A DNA stretch of 64,000 nucleotides. It comes from an uncultured Gemmatimonadales bacterium (GTDB taxonomy: Bacteria; Gemmatimonadota; Gemmatimonadetes; Palauibacterales; Palauibacteraceae). The notes under the pieces were generated by a model. The model was not told the origin of the DNA. It saw only the letters and a program-made list of their open reading frames with translations, and did no database searches. The translations under genes were made by a program, and so were the position numbers. This document shows positions 39,901 to 48,883 of this stretch, piece by piece (positions within the stretch are counted from its first letter, which is position 1; the number at the start of each line of letters is the position of its first letter). Location of the stretch: assembly GCA_963783385.1 (NCBI GenBank), contig CAWANJ010000009.1, forward strand, positions 768,001 to 832,000. The letters are read 5' to 3'.

Positions 39901-40119
39901 CTGTTCGGGTTCGTGGACGGTGGCGTGGCCTGGGGCCGTAACCCGGTCACGGCCAGCGACCAGAACTTCAACCTGAACCGGTACGGCGTGTCGAGCGCGG
40001 GTTTCGGCGGGAGGCTGAACCTGTTCGGCTTCGCGGTGGCGGACGTCTACTGGGTGAAGCCGTTCCAGAGGCCCGGCAAGGGCGGTTACGTGGGCTTCGA
40101 CCTGTCGCCCGCGTTCTGA
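36988..40119 (+). CDS. Zinc peptidase (HExxH) + TolB/PD40 beta-propeller + Omp85/BamA-like barrel protein
   Basis: QYFGRNQVRY, HELVH..EGMAEY, repeated (W)SPDG/WAPD motifs, LVRGY, NAELRIP, FVDGGVAW, terminal Phe. Confidence 0.8.
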   Translation: MAAGRRRWMALVIAVVAAALFSPVGARAQYFGRNQVRYKSFEFRVLATEHFDIYYYPGEEQLAENTGRMAERWYSRLSRLMDDDLNGRQPLIMYATRQAYDQTNIANVAGSEGVTEPFRRRVVLFSQGPLAATDHVIGHELVHAFQYDISGIDPTTPLYGAPSMNGLPSWMIEGMAEYLSKGPNDPLTATWVRDALRSKDVKLPNLRDLENPRYFPYRWGQALWAYIGGVWGDSTVQRIYRTALRTGRAGPAIQVVTGLPADTVIQRWHDAIQREWGPLVDQTKQPDAFGKRIIEGSKDVMYNVGPSVSPDGKRVAYLSTKSRFSMDLYLADANTGQVIRQVTKTAFDPHFGNLESESSAGAWAPDNRRFALAAVSGDQPVIAIYDMDTGSKVKELPMKDLGQVYNPTWSPDGRRIAFVAMKGGLLDLYVVDVDSGAVTRLTHDEFTELEPDWSPDGSRIAYVTDRFGANMGDLHMGHYRLASVDTTGGDIRALPSFDSATNINPTWAPDGKTVYFVADPTGIPDIYRADVAAGQIRRVTNVLGGIGGITELSPAMSVSSQTGAVVFSAFVNGSFSVYRIDDPKVLAGTADTTTTFADAGALPPPDRASSEVATLLGNPRLGLPDAATFQRHDYNAALGLDYISQPSLGAGISSFGSYVGGGAALLWGDMLGNHSLITQLQLQIVNGNVLNGIGAVATYVNRTHRLNWGIQAGQIPQFSQYYGGSGCGTQNGRLVCADVIYDFWQTNRRALGMAIYPLSSVMRLEFQGGIEQIGFHAETETQIFDYITGQQLSNNRVNAAACSDTTSFLTSFCEPGSLTEGTASAALVYDNSISGPTGPILGHRFRIEADPSAGTLNYVSALADFREYVMPFWPVTLAGRVMQYGRYGSGAGDDRLGILFLGYPTLVRGYNYRSFSTANCDPTQPISQCSEIRVYNELFGSRMAVANAELRIPLTGPIGVFHTGSLVPPVDLFGFVDGGVAWGRNPVTASDQNFNLNRYGVSSAGFGGRLNLFGFAVADVYWVKPFQRPGKGGYVGFDLSPAF

Positions 40120-40385
40120 GGCCCTGACGGCGCGGGATCGCCGGGGCGCCGGTCGTGCGCCCCGGCCTCCCTCAACACCTCGGTCACTTCACGCCCCTCG
40201 ACCGCGACCTTCCGGTGGAGGTCCCAGACGAGCCACGTCCGGGCGTCGTTCAGATGCGCCTGGAGCTGCGCCTGGTTCTCCTCGTCCCGGAGGGCCGGGT
40301 CGGCGGCCAGGCGCTCGAGCTCCCCGATCCAGTCCGTGATCTCGTCGGCGGGGCTGAACCGCCCCACCGGCGGCTGCAGGTTCAC
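40086..40385 (-). CDS. Hypothetical 99-aa protein
   Basis: GTG overlaps the TGA of the M1 peptidase (GTGA); helical, protein-like composition. Confidence 0.55.
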   Translation of the reverse strand: MNLQPPVGRFSPADEITDWIGELERLAADPALRDEENQAQLQAHLNDARTWLVWDLHRKVAVEGREVTEVLREAGAHDRRPGDPAPSGPQNAGDRSKPT

Positions 40386-42502
40386 GACCCGCCCGTCCAG
40401 CGGTCGTTGTCCGGCCGCACGTCGGGCAGCCGGTGGTCCGGGTCGAGGGCCACCGAGACCAGGGGCCGCGTGGAGGCGTAGCGGAAGGTGTACGTCCCGC
40501 CGGTCTCCCAGATCTCGACCGGCAGCCGCACCGTGCCGGTCGCCCCTCCCTCCTGCTCCACCCGGACCGTGGTCGGCATCGGCAGTCGGCCCAGGTTGGC
40601 GATCGTGATCAGCGAGCCCTTCGAGGGGTCCCCGTCCACGTAAGCGATTTTCCGCACCGCCTGGTCCAGGCGCCAGTCCCGCAGGAACCACCCCTTCCAG
40701 AACCAGCCCAGGTCCTCCCCGGCCACGTCGTCGATGGTGCGGAAGAAGTCGGCGGGCTGCGGGTGCCTGTAGGCCCACCGGCGGATGTACGCTCGGAAGG
40801 CCCGGTCGAAGCGGTCGGGGCCCAGGATGTACTCCCGCAGCAGTACGAGGCCCAGCGCCGGCTTGTAGTAGGAGACAGGGTGGCGGTAGGCGCCCGCGAC
40901 CGCGTCCGCCCTCGAGTCGATGGGCGGGGCGTTCGGATCGAGGAGGAGCGGTACGATCTCGCGGGCCGGGTCGCCTCCCTTCGGGGCGTACTCCCCGTCG
41001 CGCTTGGGCGCATACTCGCCCCCGTTGAACGCGTCCGAGGCGTAGATGTCGATGAAGGTGTTGAATCCCTCGTCCATCCAGGCGTGACGGCGCTCGTCCG
41101 ATCCGACGACCATCGGGAACCACTCGTGCCCGAATTCGTGCGCGGTGACGCCCCACAGCCCCTTCCCCCTGGCCCGCGCGCTGCAGAACACGATGCCCGG
41201 GTACTCCATGCCGCCCACCGGGCCACCCACGTTGACGGCGGTGGGATAGGGATAGGGATACCAGTGCTTGGAGAAGATCTGGATGGCCCCCTTCGTATAC
41301 TCCGTGGACCGCCCCCAGGCCGAGTCCCCCGCCGCCTCCTGCGGGTAGGCCGACATGGCCAGGGCGTGCCGCCCGCCGGGCAGGTCGATGCGGGCCGCAT
41401 CCCAGATGAAGGCCGGGGAGGCCGCGAACGCCACGTCGCGGGTATGGTCCATGTGGAAGTGCCACGTCAGCGGCCCGCTCCCGGAGGGTCGCGTGGCGGG
41501 CTGCCCGACCTCGCTCGCGCTCCGGATGAACACGGTCCTTTCGCTGCCGCGGGCCTCTTCCAGCCGCTGGCGCTGCCGTGCCGTGAGGACTCCGTCCGGG
41601 TTCAGCAGGCGGCCGGAGCCCACCACCAGGTAGCTCCTCGGTACCTGGACCGAGTAGTCGATGTCGCCGTAGTCCAGGTAGAACTCGCCCGTGCCCAGGA
41701 AGGGCAGCGTGTTCCACCCGCGCACGTCATCGTACACGGCCATGCGCGGGTACCACTGCGCCAGGTCGAACAGGGGGCCCGCCTTCGTGTCCATCCAGCC
41801 CGTCCGGCCCCGCCCCCCGGCCGGGATCACGAACGAGTAACCGATCTCGATCTGCACCCGGCCTCCGCCCGGGGCGAGGGCCCGCGCCAGCGGAACCTGC
41901 ATGCGCGTTCCCACGATGTGCACGTCCGGATGCTCGCGGCGGTCGCCCTGGACGACCACGACCGAATCGATGCGGTAGCCCTCCGCGTCCGGGCCGGGAG
42001 CCGGCTGGTCCGCCGTGCCCTCGCCGGGGACCAGCGCCCCACCCCGGGCGCCCGCCGCGCGCTCCGAGCGGGAGCCCGGCCGCCGGATGTTCTGGTCGAG
42101 CTGCAGCCACACGAAGCCCAGCGAGTCGGGGCTGGCGTTCGTGTAGGTGATCATCTCGTGGCCCGCGAGCCGGTGCGCGTCCGGCTCGAGGCGGGCCTCG
42201 ATGCGATAATCCGCCCTGTTGGACCAGTAGGAGGGACCGGGGGCGCCGTTCGCGCTGCGGGTCGGCGTGGAGGGAGAGGAGAGGAAGCCGTTGTCGAACG
42301 CGGCGTGCGCGTCGTAGGGCCCGATGGTCGCCGTCGTGTCCGCTTCGGTCACCTCCCCCCGGCCCGAGACCCCGCCCGGCTCCGCAACGGCTCCGCGCGG
42401 CATCGCGAGCGACGCGATCCCGACCAGGAGCGGCAGGGCCCGGAGCCGCCCCCGTGGCCCGGCGGCGAAGGGGCGGCGAACGGATTCGAGTGTGGACTGC
42501 AT
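40382..42502 (-). CDS. M1 family aminopeptidase
   Basis: [38 protein letters not shown]. Confidence 0.93.
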   Translation of the reverse strand: MQSTLESVRRPFAAGPRGRLRALPLLVGIASLAMPRGAVAEPGGVSGRGEVTEADTTATIGPYDAHAAFDNGFLSSPSTPTRSANGAPGPSYWSNRADYRIEARLEPDAHRLAGHEMITYTNASPDSLGFVWLQLDQNIRRPGSRSERAAGARGGALVPGEGTADQPAPGPDAEGYRIDSVVVVQGDRREHPDVHIVGTRMQVPLARALAPGGGRVQIEIGYSFVIPAGGRGRTGWMDTKAGPLFDLAQWYPRMAVYDDVRGWNTLPFLGTGEFYLDYGDIDYSVQVPRSYLVVGSGRLLNPDGVLTARQRQRLEEARGSERTVFIRSASEVGQPATRPSGSGPLTWHFHMDHTRDVAFAASPAFIWDAARIDLPGGRHALAMSAYPQEAAGDSAWGRSTEYTKGAIQIFSKHWYPYPYPTAVNVGGPVGGMEYPGIVFCSARARGKGLWGVTAHEFGHEWFPMVVGSDERRHAWMDEGFNTFIDIYASDAFNGGEYAPKRDGEYAPKGGDPAREIVPLLLDPNAPPIDSRADAVAGAYRHPVSYYKPALGLVLLREYILGPDRFDRAFRAYIRRWAYRHPQPADFFRTIDDVAGEDLGWFWKGWFLRDWRLDQAVRKIAYVDGDPSKGSLITIANLGRLPMPTTVRVEQEGGATGTVRLPVEIWETGGTYTFRYASTRPLVSVALDPDHRLPDVRPDNDRWTGGS

Positions 42503-42809
42503 GGCTGTCGTCTCCCGGCTGCGGCTCCGACCACCGGCGCCCCGCGCGTCGGCTCGCCGAAGCTAGGGCGCCGACACCGCCCGGCCAAGCGGGGGTGGCC
42601 CCGGCGCCGCGGACTCACCCGGTAATCAATGCGCACGCGCCACACATCGGGGGGCGCTCCGCGACGACCCTCCGCGTAGCGATCGGGGCAATGTCTTGCT
42701 CACCAAGGAGCTACGGAAGCGGAGCTCGGCCAGGATCCGGGCACGACGCTTGACCTGTCGGGGAGGCGGCATGTGCGAACGCCCCACGGGCCAAACCGGG
42801 AGGCACAGG

Positions 42810-42992
42810 ATGGACGTTCTGGCGTCTACACCACGCGAGCACGAGGAGTGGATCGTGGCCGAACTGACCACGGGACGGATTCGGCTGCGGCTGCGGGACG
42901 GCGGCGAGAGCCTCCGGCTGAACCGCGCCGGCACCCCGGCCGACCTCAAGCCGGGCGACGTCGTGAGACTGCCGGCCCGCGACCAAGCCTGA
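42810..42992 (+). CDS. Small hypothetical protein (60 aa)
   Basis: ATG with GGAGG upstream; beta-rich, ends DLKPGDVVRL. Confidence 0.45.
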   Translation: MDVLASTPREHEEWIVAELTTGRIRLRLRDGGESLRLNRAGTPADLKPGDVVRLPARDQA

Positions 42993-42994
42993 GC

Positions 42995-43043
42995 GGCCGG
43001 TCCGCCGGCGGCTCCGGGAGGCCGCCGCCGGCCGGACCGGCCC
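42995..43043. terminator. GC-rich stem-loop between convergent genes
   Basis: GCCGGTCCG-CCGGCGGC ... GCCGCCGG-C-CGGACCGGC inverted repeat; no U-tract. Confidence 0.4.
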
Positions 43044-43046
43044 GGT

Positions 43047-43463
43047 TCAGCGAATGAGCAGCACGGGGGTCTGGGCCAGGATCGCGACTTTGTGGCTGAG
43101 GGTGCCCAGGTTGCGGGTGGGTTCGTCCAGGTCCTGGCGGTGGGAGCTGAGCACGATGAGGTCAATGTCCTGCTCGGCCGCGTACTCCACGATCCCCCGG
43201 GCCCGCTCCCCGTACACCACCTGCTGGCGGTGCTCAAGTCCCGCTTCCTGCAGCGGCCGGCTCATGGCCTCCATCGCCGTTGCGGCCCGCGCCTCGAGCT
43301 CCCCGTAGAAGTCCTCGAGCTCCTCGAACGGCAGATCGAGGGGCTCGATCACGTGGATGAGCGTCACCAGGGCCCCACCCCACTCGGCCAGCTCGCGCGC
43401 CCATTCCACGGCGCGACGGTTCTTGTCGGTCAGGTCCACCGGAACCAGGATGCGCTGGAACAT
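43047..43463 (-). CDS. Universal stress protein
   Basis: MFQRILVPVD, IDLIVLSSH, LGTLSHKV..PVLLIR. Confidence 0.92.
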   Translation of the reverse strand: MFQRILVPVDLTDKNRRAVEWARELAEWGGALVTLIHVIEPLDLPFEELEDFYGELEARAATAMEAMSRPLQEAGLEHRQQVVYGERARGIVEYAAEQDIDLIVLSSHRQDLDEPTRNLGTLSHKVAILAQTPVLLIR

Positions 43464-43466
43464 CGG

Positions 43467-43703
43467 TCAGCGGACCTGGCCGCTCGGCGACGTTCGGTCC
43501 CCTCCGGACGTGTCGACGCCCAGCAGAGCGTAGGCGGGGCAGAAGCGCAGGACCCCCGTCAGGAGCAGGACGCCTCCTACGATCCAGGCGGCGACGGCCC
43601 ATCCCGACCTCGCCACTCCGAACAGCGCCGCGGCCACGAACACGAGCCCGATCACGACGCGGAAGGTGGCGTCTCCGCGGCCCACGTTGCTGCTGGTCGA
43701 CAT
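43467..43703 (-). CDS. DUF2892 (YgaP-like) membrane protein
   Basis: NVG..D..FR..IG ... LLTG..RFCPAYALLGVDT. Confidence 0.88.
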   Translation of the reverse strand: MSTSSNVGRGDATFRVVIGLVFVAAALFGVARSGWAVAAWIVGGVLLLTGVLRFCPAYALLGVDTSGGDRTSPSGQVR

Positions 43704-43827
43704 GTCGGCCTCCTCTGAGGATACGGGGCCAATGTCGAGCCGGGCCGGCATCGGCGCTGTCGGGAGGTTCCACTGCCGTCCGGTGGGAGGCTCGCGGAGG
43801 CCGGTGTAGGGAATCTCCCGCGCCACG

Positions 43828-44655
43828 TCACGTCTCGGAGCGGCCGGTGAGGTACAGGCGCAGCTTGCCGAGCGCCGTGTCCGACGTGAGCTCGACCACC
43901 GTACGCGCCGCATCGTCGGTCACGTACACGCGCGCCTTGCGCCCGGGCCCGAACAGGCCCGTCCCGGGGATGACGACCGACAGGGCGACGACCGGGAAGG
44001 TCCCGGCCGGCGTGCGCAGGCTCTTCCGTCCGAGGACGCGTATGTGGACGGGATTGTCCGTGGCCTGGAAGAACCGCGGGATCCGGTAGTCGCCACCCGG
44101 CGCGAGCCGGAGGGTGCGGGGAAGGAAGAGGACGCCGAGCTCGTCCAGCGGGTCCGCCGGCATGACGCCGCTCGGACGCTCCTCGGGAGCCTCGCTGGGG
44201 GGCGAGCCGGGCAGCGGCGTGATCCGGTAGTGCCCGTCCGCGCCGTGCAGCTCGATGCGCAGGGCCTCGGTGTCCGGGCCTTCGTGCAGCCGTCGGTCGG
44301 AGCGGATCGTGTGCAGGGGGCCGGGAGCGATCCAGCTCACCAGGCTGTCGTCCAGGGTCAGGAACAGCGCTCCGCCGGTGACCTTGAGGGCGACCCGGTA
44401 GGCCTCGACGTTCTCGATCGGCTCGGTGTCCTCGACCGTCAGCACGGCGTGGCCCGCGTGGATGGGGCCCAGGGAGAGGCCGTACTCGAGCCGCTCGCCG
44501 GTGCGGAGGAGCGAGCCGTTCGCGAGGTCCCGCGCCGGCGCCGCCTTCGAAGGCCCGGCGGCCACGCCCCGGTGTCGCGGTGCGGCGGAGACGAGAGTCA
44601 GGGCTCCTGCGAGAACGATCGCGGTCCGCCGGTACGACCCGGGCCAGTCCCCCAT
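43828..44655 (-). CDS. DUF3108 domain protein
   Basis: GERLEY, DPLDEL, LRTPAGTF, VYVTDDAART..GKLRLYL. Confidence 0.8.
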   Translation of the reverse strand: MGDWPGSYRRTAIVLAGALTLVSAAPRHRGVAAGPSKAAPARDLANGSLLRTGERLEYGLSLGPIHAGHAVLTVEDTEPIENVEAYRVALKVTGGALFLTLDDSLVSWIAPGPLHTIRSDRRLHEGPDTEALRIELHGADGHYRITPLPGSPPSEAPEERPSGVMPADPLDELGVLFLPRTLRLAPGGDYRIPRFFQATDNPVHIRVLGRKSLRTPAGTFPVVALSVVIPGTGLFGPGRKARVYVTDDAARTVVELTSDTALGKLRLYLTGRSET

Positions 44656-44840
44656 TCGGCACGCCTCCTCGACAACGGGTCCGTGCGCCGCACCCACGGT
44701 GGCACACACTTCGCTGCCATACACCCCCGGGGTGCGGATGGCTCCCGCAGGTCCCGAACGGCCCCGAGGATCCCGCCAACGCGGGGCGCTCGTGTCGCCC
44801 GGCGTGGGCCCCCGGGATGCCCCAGGAAGGAGGGACACGC

Positions 44841-45224
44841 ATGAACGTCCTCGTCGTGTTGGAGCCGGATCCGGACGCCGGCGCCGCAGACGATGCGCTG
44901 GCGCCGCTCGACTGGGTCCTCCAGCGAGCCCGGCGGGCCTCGGACCGGATCACCGTCCTGCTGGTCGGCCTGACCACGGGAGCGCCGGCCGAGGCCCTCG
45001 AGGAGCGCGCCACTGGCCGGCTGGGCTCCTGGCAGGGCATCGGGCACGTGCGACGCCTGCCCGGGGAGCCGCGCCGCGAGATCCTGCGCGTGCTCGGCCA
45101 CGAGCCCTGGGACGAGCTCGTCGTCTCCGGAGGGACGCGCACCCCGGCGGGCAAGCTCCGGCCGGGCGGTCTGGCCGAGTACCTCCTGCTCAACGCCCCC
45201 GTGACCCTGACCCTCGTCCGGTGA
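44841..45224 (+). CDS. Short universal-stress-protein-like protein
   Basis: GEPRREIL..DELVVSGGTRTPAGKLRPGGLAEYLLLNAPVTLTLVR; SD GGAGG. Confidence 0.75.
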   Translation: MNVLVVLEPDPDAGAADDALAPLDWVLQRARRASDRITVLLVGLTTGAPAEALEERATGRLGSWQGIGHVRRLPGEPRREILRVLGHEPWDELVVSGGTRTPAGKLRPGGLAEYLLLNAPVTLTLVR

Positions 45225-45727
45225 GTGCGGTGAGCTCGGCGCCCGAGATCCTCCCGCTCCCCCCGTTCGGGCTCCGGGACGCGCTCGGGCGGCCCGTCCT
45301 CATGCGGCCCGCCGGGGAGGACGTGGACGCGCTGGTGGCCTTCTACGAGCGCTTCGATCCGGCCGATCGCGCCCAGGGGCTGCCCCCCACCGGGTCCGCA
45401 CGGATCCGGCCGTGGCTCGAGGTGCTCGCCGAGGGGCCCGGCGTCGTTGCGTGGCACGAGGACGACGCCGTCGGTCACGCGGCCCTCGTCCCCGACGGTG
45501 CGGGAGCGCACGAGCTCGTGGTGTTCGTGCTGCAGGGCTTCCGGGGCACGGGCATCGGCACCTCTCTCGTGCGAGCCCTCCTCGGGTTGGGGCGGGCGCG
45601 CGGCGTGATCCGCGTATGGCTCACGGTCCAGCGCTGGAACCACGCCGCCATCGCGGTCTACCGCAAGACGGGCTTCGAACGAGAGGGCGAGGAGGGGCTC
45701 GAGATCATCATGTCGCGCTCCCTCTGA
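45221..45727 (+). CDS. GNAT N-acetyltransferase
   Basis: FVLQGFRGTGIG acetyl-CoA motif, WNHAAIAVYRKTGF; GTGA overlap with the USP gene. Confidence 0.9.
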   Translation: MSAVSSAPEILPLPPFGLRDALGRPVLMRPAGEDVDALVAFYERFDPADRAQGLPPTGSARIRPWLEVLAEGPGVVAWHEDDAVGHAALVPDGAGAHELVVFVLQGFRGTGIGTSLVRALLGLGRARGVIRVWLTVQRWNHAAIAVYRKTGFEREGEEGLEIIMSRSL

Positions 45728-45752
45728 CGTCCGGCGACGAGGACGGATCCCC

Positions 45753-46037
45753 GTGAACCGCCCGGTGCCGCGCACGCTCACCCTTCCCTATCGTCACACG
45801 CAGCCGGGCTAAGTGTCGGCGGTCGGCTTCCTGCTCGGATTCCTCGGCATCGGCACGATCGAGCTCCGGACCAGCCGGGACGCCTGCATCGTCCGCAATC
45901 CGTGCTACTACGGCTGGGGCATCCACCTGAGCCTCGACGGGTGGATCTACAACGTCTCGGGCAGGTGGGCCGTGCGACTTGAGACGGACTCCGCTTGCGC
46001 CGCGTCTTGCACTCGAAGGTGGGAACCCCCAGCTTGA
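45753..46037 (+). pseudogene. Degraded membrane/hypothetical gene with in-frame TAA at 45810
   Basis: YRHTQPG* then in frame ..IVRNPCYYGWGIHLSLDGWIYNVSG..AV; the C-terminus decays. Confidence 0.5.
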
Positions 46038-46123
46038 GCCGGTCAGGTCTCGGAATCGGGACGACGGCGACCCCGTCGGTCCCGCAGCGGAGCGACACTT
46101 CCCGACAGGGGTGAATCGGGCGC

Positions 46124-47197
46124 ATGGCGAGCTCGCCCCAACGCGTAGCGCTGGAGATCAATCCCGCCTCGCGCTTCGACGTCATCGACGTCGCGGCGCT
46201 CGTGCGAGCGCGGGACGAGGACTTCTTCCGGGCCTTTCCCCTCAGCCTGTGGTGCTCGATGCACACCACCGCGGGCTACCTGGAGCAGCGGCTGTGTGCG
46301 CGCCTCGGCAACAGCGAGCGTCGCGTGGGCAGGCTCGTGGGGCTGTTCCGTCGCCTGTTCCCGCACGACGCGGGCTATCACCACGACCAGCTCGAGCTCC
46401 GAGACGAGCTGACCGAGGCCGAGCGCGCGCAGGAGCCGGTCAACGCGGACTCGCACCTCACCTTCATGAGTGCGGGCCTCACCAACTGCGTGACCTACCG
46501 CCACGAGCCCGCCTCGCCGATCTACTTCATCGACCTGGACGGCGTGAACGAGCACTTCCGCCGGGTGCGCCGCACGACGGTGGTGGGCTACCGCGAGGAG
46601 ACGGAGGTGTACCGGGGCACCGTCGCCATCCCGGCCACCGCCGAGCACCCGGTCGACTCCTTCAACCTCAAGGCGCCGGGCTTCGGTCTGTATCAGCACA
46701 TCGAGGAAGTGCTGGCCGAGCGCGGCGTGCGGACGGGTCGGGTCGACCTCCGGCTGGCGCCCTCGGAGCAGCACGCCGGCCTCACGGTGAACGAGGCGGA
46801 GACGCTGCTCATGCGCAACGACCTCCCGGAAGCTCTGCGCGACCCGCTGCGCTACGTGCTGCGGCACGGCCGCCGTCTGCTGCGGCACCCCGCCACGATT
46901 CCGGGCAAGACACGCGAGTACGCCGTGTACGATCTCGTCCATCTCTACAACGAGGTCATGGACGTGCTCGGCGTGGGCCGCGCCGTGGCCGACCGGATCC
47001 TGTCGCGCCTCGCCGCTCCCGCGTGGAGGCTGTTCCGGCTCAAGCGGCAGGTGAGCTTTCCTGTGATCGACGGCGCCGGCGGGGACGCGCCCGGCCGGAT
47101 CATCCAGGGCCGCTACCAGAGCCCCATCCTCATCCAGCACCGCCCGGCGGAGGGCGGAGTCCGGCGCCTCGAGGTGGCCGTGTGGCGCTTCGAGTAG
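46124..47197 (+). CDS. Tandem YjbQ/UPF0047-like domain protein
   Basis: HTTAG, YHHD, NADSHL, IYFIDLDG..RR in the first half; HAGLTVNE..DL and GRYQSPILIQ..RRL in the second. Confidence 0.6.
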   Translation: MASSPQRVALEINPASRFDVIDVAALVRARDEDFFRAFPLSLWCSMHTTAGYLEQRLCARLGNSERRVGRLVGLFRRLFPHDAGYHHDQLELRDELTEAERAQEPVNADSHLTFMSAGLTNCVTYRHEPASPIYFIDLDGVNEHFRRVRRTTVVGYREETEVYRGTVAIPATAEHPVDSFNLKAPGFGLYQHIEEVLAERGVRTGRVDLRLAPSEQHAGLTVNEAETLLMRNDLPEALRDPLRYVLRHGRRLLRHPATIPGKTREYAVYDLVHLYNEVMDVLGVGRAVADRILSRLAAPAWRLFRLKRQVSFPVIDGAGGDAPGRIIQGRYQSPILIQHRPAEGGVRRLEVAVWRFE

Positions 47198-47386
47198 GCG
47201 CGACGTCCACGTCGCCGGAAAATCCCTGAGGAACCTCCTTCCCCCGTCCCGAGAGCGCACGCCGCCGTGCCGGCGGCCCTCCTCCCCGGCGGCCGCTTGA
47301 ACTCCGGACGTGCCTTCCGCAGACTGCCGGGCCAGGGTGCCCCGCGGCCCGCTCGGGGACACCGCGACCCGTGCAGACGGACCCCC

Positions 47387-48859
47387 ATGTCGGACGCCGA
47401 AGCGCTGATCGACCGTATCCGCCGGCTCGAGCGCGAAGCCCGGCCGCTCGAGCCCGGCGCCGCGGACCGGCGTGCCATCCGGGACGCGGTCGTGCAGCAC
47501 GCCGAGGCGTTCCTCGAGCGGCTGCCCGAGGCTCCGGCCTTCGAGGTGCGCGCGGACGCGGCGCGGGCGCTGGCGCGCCGCGTCCCGTCCGAGGGCCCCG
47601 CACCGCTCGACGAGCTCCTGGCGCTGTTCCGGTCGGCGGTGGAGGACACGGGCCTCAAGCCGTCTTCGCCCGGCCACCTCGCCTACATTCCGGGTGGCGG
47701 CCTGTACGCGTCCTCCCTGGGGGACTACCTGGCGGCGGTGACCGACGAGTACGCGGGCATCCGGTTCGCGGGCCCGGGGGCGGTCGAGATGGAGAACGTG
47801 CTCCTGCGCTGGATGGCCGGCCTGGTGGGCTACCCGGAGGACGCCGCCGGCAACCTGACCTCGGGGGGCAGCATCGCCAACCTGGTGGCCGTGGTGGCGG
47901 CGCGGGAGGCCCACGGGCTCCGGGCCGCCGATGTCCCCGGCGCGGTCGTGTATCTCACGGACCAGGCCCATCACTCCCTGGACAAGGCGCTGCGGATCGC
48001 CGGCCTGGGCGAGGCGCCGCGCCGTCGCATCGCCACGGACGAGCGGCAGCGCATGGACCCGGACGCGCTCCAGCACTCGATCGACCGGGATCGCGCCGCC
48101 GGTCTGAGGCCGTGGCTCGTGCTCGCCTCCGCCGGCACGACGGACGTGGGGGCGATCGATCCGCTGGAGGCGATCGGCCGGGTGGCCCGCTCCCGGGGGC
48201 TGTGGTATCACGTGGACGCGGCCTACGGCGGGTTTTTCGCGTTGTGCCCCGAGGTGCGGGGGCGGCTGCAGGGCATCGAGGCATCGGACTCGGTCGTGAT
48301 GGATCCCCACAAGGGGCTGTTCCTCCCCTACGGCCTCGGCGCCGTCCTGGTGAAGGACCGGGCCGCCCTGCACCGCGCGCACCGCTACAGCGCCGACTAC
48401 ATGCAGGATGCCGTGGATCCCGGAGCCGAGGTGCCCGACTCCCCCGCCGAGCTCTCGCCCGAGCTCACCAAGCACTTCCGGGGCCCCCGGCTGTGGCTGC
48501 CCCTCCTCCTGTACGGCGTGGGTCCGTTCCGGGCGTGCCTCGAGGAGAAGCTCCTGCTGGCGCGCTACTTCCACGAGCGCGTGCGAGACCTGGGGTTCGA
48601 GGTCGGCCCCGAGCCTCAGCTGAGCGTGGCCACCTTCCGCTGGGTCCCGGCCTCCGGGGACCCGGACGCCTTCAACCGGGCGCTGGTGCGCGCCATCCAC
48701 GAAGACGGCCGGGTGTTTCTTTCGTCTACACGTGTAGACGGTCGCTTCGTTCTGCGCCTGGCGGCGCTGACCTTCCGCACGCACCTGGACACGATCGACC
48801 TGTCGCTGCGGATCCTCGCGGAGAAGGTGGCGGAGCTCGAGGGGGAAGCCGGAGCCTGA
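47387..48859 (+). CDS. Group II PLP-dependent (aromatic amino acid-like) decarboxylase
   Basis: LAYIPGGG, TSGGSIAN, QAHHS, AGTTDVGAIDPL, HVDAAYGG, DPHK (PLP lysine). Confidence 0.92.
   Translation: MSDAEALIDRIRRLEREARPLEPGAADRRAIRDAVVQHAEAFLERLPEAPAFEVRADAARALARRVPSEGPAPLDELLALFRSAVEDTGLKPSSPGHLAYIPGGGLYASSLGDYLAAVTDEYAGIRFAGPGAVEMENVLLRWMAGLVGYPEDAAGNLTSGGSIANLVAVVAAREAHGLRAADVPGAVVYLTDQAHHSLDKALRIAGLGEAPRRRIATDERQRMDPDALQHSIDRDRAAGLRPWLVLASAGTTDVGAIDPLEAIGRVARSRGLWYHVDAAYGGFFALCPEVRGRLQGIEASDSVVMDPHKGLFLPYGLGAVLVKDRAALHRAHRYSADYMQDAVDPGAEVPDSPAELSPELTKHFRGPRLWLPLLLYGVGPFRACLEEKLLLARYFHERVRDLGFEVGPEPQLSVATFRWVPASGDPDAFNRALVRAIHEDGRVFLSSTRVDGRFVLRLAALTFRTHLDTIDLSLRILAEKVAELEGEAGA
48723..48740. 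repeat. Perfect 18-bp palindrome CGTCTACACGTGTAGACG inside the decarboxylase CDS
   Basis: Self-complementary; lies in a run of A/T-ending codons atypical for this DNA. Confidence 0.7.
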
Positions 48860-48883
48860 GCTCCGGCTTCGAGCCTCCGGCGA

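Noticed and set aside
40975-41025. GEYAPK repeated twice in the M1 peptidase
   Set aside because: Short coding repeat within an intact enzyme, with no sign of a separate element.
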